The position numbers were made by a program, and so were the translations under genes. Below the pieces are notes generated by a model. It ran no database searches and was not told the origin of the DNA. It was given only the letters and a program-made list of their open reading frames with translations. From the NCBI GenBank assembly GCA_031282325.1, contig JAITDY010000057.1, positions 17,455 to 81,454 of the forward strand: DNA of 64,000 bases, given 5' to 3'. Numbering within the stretch: the first letter of the stretch is position 1; each line of letters opens with the position of its first letter. Positions 59,601 to 64,000 of this stretch are shown here, in pieces. Source of the DNA: Lactobacillaceae bacterium (GTDB lineage: Bacteria; Bacillota; Bacilli; Lactobacillales; Lactobacillaceae).

Positions 59601-62600
59601 TTCTTCATAGTTTGAAACGTTATAAACAATCAAACCATTATTCATATCATCAGCTTGTCCCAATGAAACTTTTTCTTGACTTGCAGAAAAATTATGAGCA
59701 TTATCAAAAATAGAAGCTTGAACATCATTGGCCCCGTTTTTTACGGCAGCTGCTTGCTTGGCGTTTAATTTAATTTTAAAATTCGAAGGATCAATTTTAG
59801 TTGTTGCTTGCGTTTTATCGCCCAAGCCAATACGATCTTCTGGTGTTAAATCTGTTAAATCATAAGCACTCAACACACCATTAATTGAAAAAGACATATA
59901 AGTAAGATCACTGAAGCCAGAAGTTGCATCGGTTGCAGAACCAGTTACATAAACATCACCATTACTATCTTTTTGCAATCCCAGATTTTTAATTACTGGT
60001 TTAGTAGTATCCACTATTACTGATAAATCTAAAGTTTGTGGCTTAGCATCAGGATAATCCGGAGTTGCTGTTACACGATAAGTATATGTTCCATCTGGGG
60101 CAACCTTTGTTTGTCCGGTTGCCGGATCGGAAATTTTACCATCCCAAGTAGACGAAACGGTAATATAGTTTACTTGCGATCCGTCTTCTGTTGACCATGT
60201 TTTAGTATAGCCATTATCTTTATTTAACTCTCTTACAACATTTCCCTTGCTGTCTAAAATATCAATATTTAAGCTGGATACATTTCTCAACAAATAAATA
60301 TTTGGAATAACCGCGTCCCAATCATCGTCGCCATTAGGAGAAAAAGCAACGTGACTTGGATCGATATATTTAGCTAAATCAGCAATATTACCAGAAAAAG
60401 TTCCAGAACTATAAAGGCTGTTTAATTCGTTTAATCCTAAATCTAGACCTGAAGGGATGCTGGAATCATAATCGTAAAAGAATTGTCCACCAAAAATAGA
60501 ATCATAATCACCGTTTTGGTCTTTGTGCCAAGCTGGCTGATCGAAAACTGGTAAATTAGCATAATCACCGTAAAAACCAGCATAAGGGACATTTAAATCA
60601 ACCAATCCAGATTCTGAATTAACAGGAGTAAAGCCTAGAAAACCTTCTACGAATTGATTTGCCTTACTTCCAGTAACGTCTAAAGTGAAGGTAACATCTA
60701 AAGAACTATTAGCTGGGACAGTAAATTGATTTTGATTTGTCGTTATTGAAGCATTCTTTAAATATTCATCGTATTTTAAGCCACTATCGTCTTGTGCTTC
60801 ATGCAAAACCCCGCCGTAATCATTAAATTGATAACTAGCGTCTTGCTTGCCATTATTTGTAAAGGTTAAAGTAAATTCAGTTTTGTCGCCAACTTCTTTT
60901 AAAGCTACCGTTCCAAGACCATTTTTATCTTTCACAGTCACTAAATTAGCAATTGCATTATCTACTTGAATTAATCCAGATCCTTGTTGGCGAGGAGAAA
61001 AATAACTATTGTGTGCTGAATCAAAAACTGGTTTGGCTGTATTAATTACCGCCAATTTAGCTGTATTAACCAAATCTAAACCTTTTAAATCCACGCCTAA
61101 ATTACGATAATTTTCTACCAATAAAGCCATTGACCCTGCTACGAAAGGTGCAGCCATGGAGGTACCACTCATGTTTTGATATCCACCATCATCTGTACCA
61201 GTGGCATTAGTAGTAGACCAAACATTGCCCCCAACACCTGATATTTCTGGTTTGAAATCTAGCGAGGGTGTCAATCCATACGATGAAAATGATGAAATTT
61301 TTCCTGCATCTGGATTAGCAATAGTTTTATCAGCGAAATTTTTAAAATTCAAAGTTATGTTTGAACCATATTTTTCTAATTGTTGGGAAATTATTTTCCA
61401 TGTTTCAGGACTTACTTCCATAGTAGGAATATCAACTGAAGTGAAACTAAGAGAATCTAATCCGGGCTTATTGTTAACAATAATAACAGCCTTTGCGCCA
61501 GCACTTAAAGCAGCGGATTGCTTTTCAGAGAAATTATTAATTCCTCGACTGATCACCACAATTTTTCCAGAAACATTTAAATCATTGCCTTTTGCGTCCT
61601 TAAAATCTCCAGCAAATCCACGGCCGGGCATTCCTGTTGCAACTGGATTATTATAGGCATCAGCATTATTTTTATCATTAGTAGCATTATCTGGTAGTAC
61701 TACTAATTGACCACTATTGATTGTTTTATCAAATCCATTAGCACCAAAATAAACAAGTCCTTTTAAATCATCAACATCAACATCGTTTTGATTAGCATAT
61801 TCTTCTTTTCCGGTTTTGGCCAAATTCAAAGAAATGTCGTAGGCTTTAGTCACCATTGTTTGATTTTCAGCGCTGGCTACTGCAAGAGCACTTGGCGTTA
61901 CTGAAGGAGAACCAATGATTGCTTCATCGATATTCGAGTATGTGGAAGTTGTAGAAAATCCGTTTTGAGAAGAAACTACTCCAGAGTTTCCTGCTGAAAT
62001 AACTGGAATAACCCCTGCTTTTGCCGCTTGTTCAACAGCAGCCATTTCTGCATTTCCAAATGATGCATCAGTCGAACCAGCTTCACGTCCCAATGACATA
62101 TTGATTACATCTGCACCTAAGGTAACAGCATCTTGGATTGCCATGATAACTGCATCGGTATCAACATTGGAATAAATATTTGGAAAAACTTTTAAATCTA
62201 AAATCTGCGCTTCTGGAGCAACTCCTTTAATTGAATCAACATTATTAGCATTATCACCATTGGCGCCGATAATTCCAGCAACGTGTTGCCCGTGCATCAC
62301 ACCAGAAGAATCTTTTACGGCTCCGTCTTGAGAATCACCATCAGAATAGTTGTAGGCAAAAGGAACTTTATCGCTTTTCCATTCACCACGGCCTAAAGCC
62401 TTAATTTTATTTTCAGCATCAGTTTTAGAAATTTTAACTTTAGTAGGATCTGTTAACTTAAAATCCTTGTGTTCATAATCGACTCCAGAATCAATAACAG
62501 CAACAACTGTTCCCTCACCTTTTAATTCTCTATTTTGCCAAACACTATCAATTTGAGAAAGTTGGTTAGCTGCTGTATCTAATAAATGATAAGTTGAAGC

Positions 62601-63155
62601 TGGATCAACACTAGCAACACCATCTAATTGATAAATTGCCTCTAAATCACTTACCTTTGCATCAATTGAAAAACCGTTCACTAAATAACCGTAATCATTA
62701 ATTACTTTATTGCCGGTTAATTCTTCTACTTGTGAAACGATACCTGCATGCGAATCTAAAACTTTTTCTTCAGCTTTTTGAATTCCTTTAATACTTTGAG
62801 AAGTACCGTCAGCTTCTGGAGTATTAGTTTTGTTTACAGCAGATTGTTCCTTTAAATTCACGAAAACTTTAACTGTTTTCTTTTGTAAATCTTGATCAGA
62901 TAAATTTTGTGCATCGTAACCTTGTGCAATTAAATAATTTTTAGCAGCCGAATTCCATTGTGCTTGTTGTTGACTAGCACTTTGATTTTTAATTTTATCT
63001 AAACTACTTGCTATTTCTTTTTTTACATTTTTAGATACTTTACTGGTATCTGCAAATGTCGTGACATCATTAATTGTATTTGCAATGGCAGACACGCTTA
63101 ATGAAGTTAGTAAAAAGATTGATTCAAATTTTTTATTTTTTCTCATTGTCTTCAC
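53649..63155 (-). CDS. Giant cell-envelope S8 proteinase (lactocepin/PrtP-like) fused in frame to an LRR adhesin; two LPKTG sorting signals
   Basis: Signal + I9 propeptide; triad VIDSG, HGQHVAG, GTSMAAP; PA, Fn3/A and B domains, Big_2; internal LPKTG (res 1948)-TM-KKNKLK; helical region, LRRs, InlB B-repeat-like, Muc_B2-like; terminal LPKTG (res 3132)-TM-basic tail. Confidence 0.88.
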   Translation of the reverse strand: MKTMRKNKKFESIFLLTSLSVSAIANTINDVTTFADTSKVSKNVKKEIASSLDKIKNQSASQQQAQWNSAAKNYLIAQGYDAQNLSDQDLQKKTVKVFVNLKEQSAVNKTNTPEADGTSQSIKGIQKAEEKVLDSHAGIVSQVEELTGNKVINDYGYLVNGFSIDAKVSDLEAIYQLDGVASVDPASTYHLLDTAANQLSQIDSVWQNRELKGEGTVVAVIDSGVDYEHKDFKLTDPTKVKISKTDAENKIKALGRGEWKSDKVPFAYNYSDGDSQDGAVKDSSGVMHGQHVAGIIGANGDNANNVDSIKGVAPEAQILDLKVFPNIYSNVDTDAVIMAIQDAVTLGADVINMSLGREAGSTDASFGNAEMAAVEQAAKAGVIPVISAGNSGVVSSQNGFSTTSTYSNIDEAIIGSPSVTPSALAVASAENQTMVTKAYDISLNLAKTGKEEYANQNDVDVDDLKGLVYFGANGFDKTINSGQLVVLPDNATNDKNNADAYNNPVATGMPGRGFAGDFKDAKGNDLNVSGKIVVISRGINNFSEKQSAALSAGAKAVIIVNNKPGLDSLSFTSVDIPTMEVSPETWKIISQQLEKYGSNITLNFKNFADKTIANPDAGKISSFSSYGLTPSLDFKPEISGVGGNVWSTTNATGTDDGGYQNMSGTSMAAPFVAGSMALLVENYRNLGVDLKGLDLVNTAKLAVINTAKPVFDSAHNSYFSPRQQGSGLIQVDNAIANLVTVKDKNGLGTVALKEVGDKTEFTLTFTNNGKQDASYQFNDYGGVLHEAQDDSGLKYDEYLKNASITTNQNQFTVPANSSLDVTFTLDVTGSKANQFVEGFLGFTPVNSESGLVDLNVPYAGFYGDYANLPVFDQPAWHKDQNGDYDSIFGGQFFYDYDSSIPSGLDLGLNELNSLYSSGTFSGNIADLAKYIDPSHVAFSPNGDDDWDAVIPNIYLLRNVSSLNIDILDSKGNVVRELNKDNGYTKTWSTEDGSQVNYITVSSTWDGKISDPATGQTKVAPDGTYTYRVTATPDYPDAKPQTLDLSVIVDTTKPVIKNLGLQKDSNGDVYVTGSATDATSGFSDLTYMSFSINGVLSAYDLTDLTPEDRIGLGDKTQATTKIDPSNFKIKLNAKQAAAVKNGANDVQASIFDNAHNFSASQEKVSLGQADDMNNGLIVYNVSNYEEETDVTSPYYDPKNKTYSIQGYFPRDFYISSDGKNFTKVNVDEIGSFIANVPVSDETKKLYFTLDPNLQRPIQEFNFAFNLVPTITLDKEASGLDDDNTRVVDYDENEDGTVTFKGTYSDDSFDVSLQSYNENNDSDWVDQTSKVVKDPAAHTWSATITPETGTNQYNIFAIKKGGINGQTLIPSQPELAVVYKYDDTYLRWDNIADEGTSYVTSSGDDDFNKEANTYTVRGKLDPNDAKDLVIYGYSQDPNDPRNKPVVNADGSFTYDVPLGLATNADGTSFNDTSVSNNNLKIKYDFSQKLTDGTFATNTSMFALYVDSQDPSVNFNIGDQWSTSDDGTSYDVYTNQPTFNLQGTANDNLDGYSLRINSDVVLRTAGAAWDNSFLVENMASADFDHQFALDTSKDKTDNTFNVTVVDKMGNKVTKTIRVHYSVAKAASPIVAQDITTPTNKSVNVSAKVANPDDILSYSLDGTTFVPYLSDVSLPSNGTVYFKETDKFGNDSEIVKHDVTNIYKAVASQAKVVSDKQVADSNKHQLQLGLNDDISDLEKSITSIEYSLDNGKTWKQYTGALELDAPVNLQYRSKDTAGNAGEVQNYVIEKHTITPVKITASLDSYKLEVGKTAKITTNITPTYASNDQLSFSSSDNNVVDVDLNGKVTAKNPGKATITITDKLAGVFDTLTITVLSDVNDFTSSFVLPKTILNTNGSSSATGNLDSWLSNKNSSTTSANGQSLISVTTKDKTQANTPAVLATTNSNQSNKELPKTGENTELINELELAGDLAFFLLVLFILAGYKKNKLKQFSSLTLSFIAFNLYSPALSNLAENIGKLESPTVSLNKQLAKKSFGPNLVDAKAVGFVGGIKDLTDNKANLLSLDYSSTIVEVGNQSDEVKTAAQSVLTQIIGTLNYGMTVVDNHPQSYSQLLTPEQIDTLIEQFRQELSQETSADGVYSLQTEFFSNGGPVDLLVKKTVASQNDPVNLRNKALASFNDYINSPSFDSIDRATKDQWVADLTSTLSTLDSQSDIAKALNDARTKASDVLQALQHDKNVASLAEYKENKIKQLSKILDSSNLSDQQKTELLNQATSAINAVTLNVYDDFDQAKVDVDTAYNDAIDQINKALFENQYPITIDKNTIPDENLRNEILYQMQLGNDGVPTNKLTYDFAGQFTSLTLKKSLNIENYEGLQYFFNLTNLDISGSDVQDWSPLSKLPKLQSITADILGNDVTDIDVSDFPALTSLQISGNHSDGNDILSGSTAVKSVKTNANLDQLILYNLPNLDTVNTSLSTELTYLSASKLPELTNLDLSQNDNLVSLYAYNDENLSKLDVSNLYQLETLSLFGDALTSEGFEIGNIGYNLRTLNLNNNSGLNELPNDLYNLQSLAISGTAISDVSNTLKQAGSNLLNFTASDIPELTSVDLSNNKNLQSIALSNDSLTELNLQVTDENGNKIPLMPNLSVAILSGNQLSQLDFSNYQSLSFVQADNNQLTDLLVNGDTNLSVLTASNNKLVNIDLADNIYLSGYDLSGNNLTTLDLTTNIAINHQFGNSTYQTTDSKMYEVDGQYYVNLTDVVGKDNIKFVDVPGAGYAGNYQIIDNNDWEYNTVTGIAKWVGTGTPSQIQYLFSAGSSQFMPVIVDLNNDSNRTFNLSFDVVDTNAGSIDADQQTVQLGSPANSIPKPVAKAGFVFDHFENSHGITIDPNISKPNQDETYYAIFANADAENKPVREAEDTQVISVVVNDDNTVTIIGNTNLATNLIFDQNENPVTVDENGNFTYTVSADDNKESLTFTTWNYTQTRSKDKTITWENPFPASKPTETPTDDKPVVPVYENRSINVTDLETQTFTHTTHFVDQNGQKAGEDLVEKVVYTRSKTIDQDGNIVYGNWVDANGKTLTTDSNWEQTKVVEKKNNDEITNQNSIPNEENKESTTNASKTNENLELGTTTNKKAVELPKTGRTQQLSFNIAFIALAFTIFIESTKEKKTKKNK

Positions 63156-63267
63156 TTAAATTCCTTTTTTAAATATTAAGAATAATTTTAAACAGGTATA
63201 ATTAAGTTACAAAAAATTTGCGATAAAGCAATAAAAATAATTAATCGGGAAATATTGGGATATATGC

Positions 63268-64000
63268 ATGAATTTATATGGGAATTATTTTAAAAAAATT
63301 AGAAAAAGACGTGGTTTTACTTTAAAGCAGGTTTCAAATGGAATCGTTCCACCTTCATCAATTTCACGTTTTGAAAATGGTGAATCAGATATGTATTTTG
63401 GTAACGTGGTCTCAGCATTAGGACACATGGGAAGTTCTTTAGAGGAGTTATTGACTGAATTAGATGAATTAAATGATGCTTATTATATCGATTCAATTAA
63501 ATTAATCATTTCAGAACAAAACGTTAAAAAATTAATTACTATTAAAAATCACCATATTAGTATGTTTGAAGTCGCTAATAATCCTTTAGATGCAGCACTT
63601 TATAAATTAGCAAGAATTCATATTAATCATTTACAAAATATTAAAATTAATCAAAGTGATTTAGATGATTTAAACGATTTTTTATTTGCAAGTGAGGATT
63701 GGGGCGAATTTGAATATTATATTTTTGGTATTATTGCTGAATTTTTAAATACCAAAACATTAATTAATTACTCGGAAAATATTTTTTATGGTGAGAAAAA
63801 ATTTAGATTAAGCTCAATTTCTGATGTCGCTCTATCGTCTGTTTTACATACTATTTTTTTATTAATTATTCGTAACGAAATTACCAATGCAAAATATTTT
63901 TTAGATAATATTGAACAAATTACGATTAATGCAGATATCTTATCTGATCGTATTATTTATTCTTTTTATCGTGAAATTACTGAATATAAAATAAGGGATC
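63268..64000 (+). CDS. Rgg/GadR/MutR-family transcriptional regulator (3' end outside window)
   Basis: Not in ORF track. Manual translation MNLYGNYFKKIRKRRGFTLKQVSNGIVPPSSISRFENGESD (XRE HTH), later LNDFLFASEDWGEFEYYIFG (Rgg C-domain pattern); TATAAT at 63197-63202. Confidence 0.88.
   Translation, partial: MNLYGNYFKKIRKRRGFTLKQVSNGIVPPSSISRFENGESDMYFGNVVSALGHMGSSLEELLTELDELNDAYYIDSIKLIISEQNVKKLITIKNHHISMFEVANNPLDAALYKLARIHINHLQNIKINQSDLDDLNDFLFASEDWGEFEYYIFGIIAEFLNTKTLINYSENIFYGEKKFRLSSISDVALSSVLHTIFLLIIRNEITNAKYFLDNIEQITINADILSDRIIYSFYREITEYKIRD

Noticed and set aside
1-64000. CRISPR arrays, IS elements, prophage, integrase, rRNA, tmRNA
   Set aside because: None recognisable by eye; ssrA is not adjacent to smpB here.

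Overview
AT-rich (roughly 30% GC by eye) chromosomal window from a lactic acid bacterium; gene content is consistent with Lactobacillaceae, possibly Leuconostoc/Oenococcus-like. It is mostly housekeeping and transport genes: pepQ, a glutamine-type ABC importer, three ABC exporter subunits, kimA, brnQ, rlmD-dagK, gatCAB, recX, map, nagA-nagR, a cystine-type SBP+permease, manXYZ, tRNA-Tyr/tRNA-Gln, murB, xth, tsaE, pta, smpB-rnr-secG. It also carries several surface proteins (LysM-NlpC/P60, CAP, antigen I/II-like adhesin). I saw no CRISPR array, IS or prophage. Three things stand out. (1) A 3168-aa ORF reads as two sortase substrates in one frame: a lactocepin-like S8 protease ending in an internal LPKTG-TM-Lys sorting signal, then a second signal-peptide-like segment and an LRR adhesin with its own terminal LPKTG. 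It is divergent from an Rgg-family regulator. (2) Two unannotated leader-peptide attenuators, an Ile-rich one before brnQ and a Cys-containing one before the cystine-type transporter, sit where Firmicutes usually use T-boxes. (3) About 14 genes have a -10 box 6-8 nt before the start codon and no Shine-Dalgarno, suggesting widespread leaderless mRNAs.
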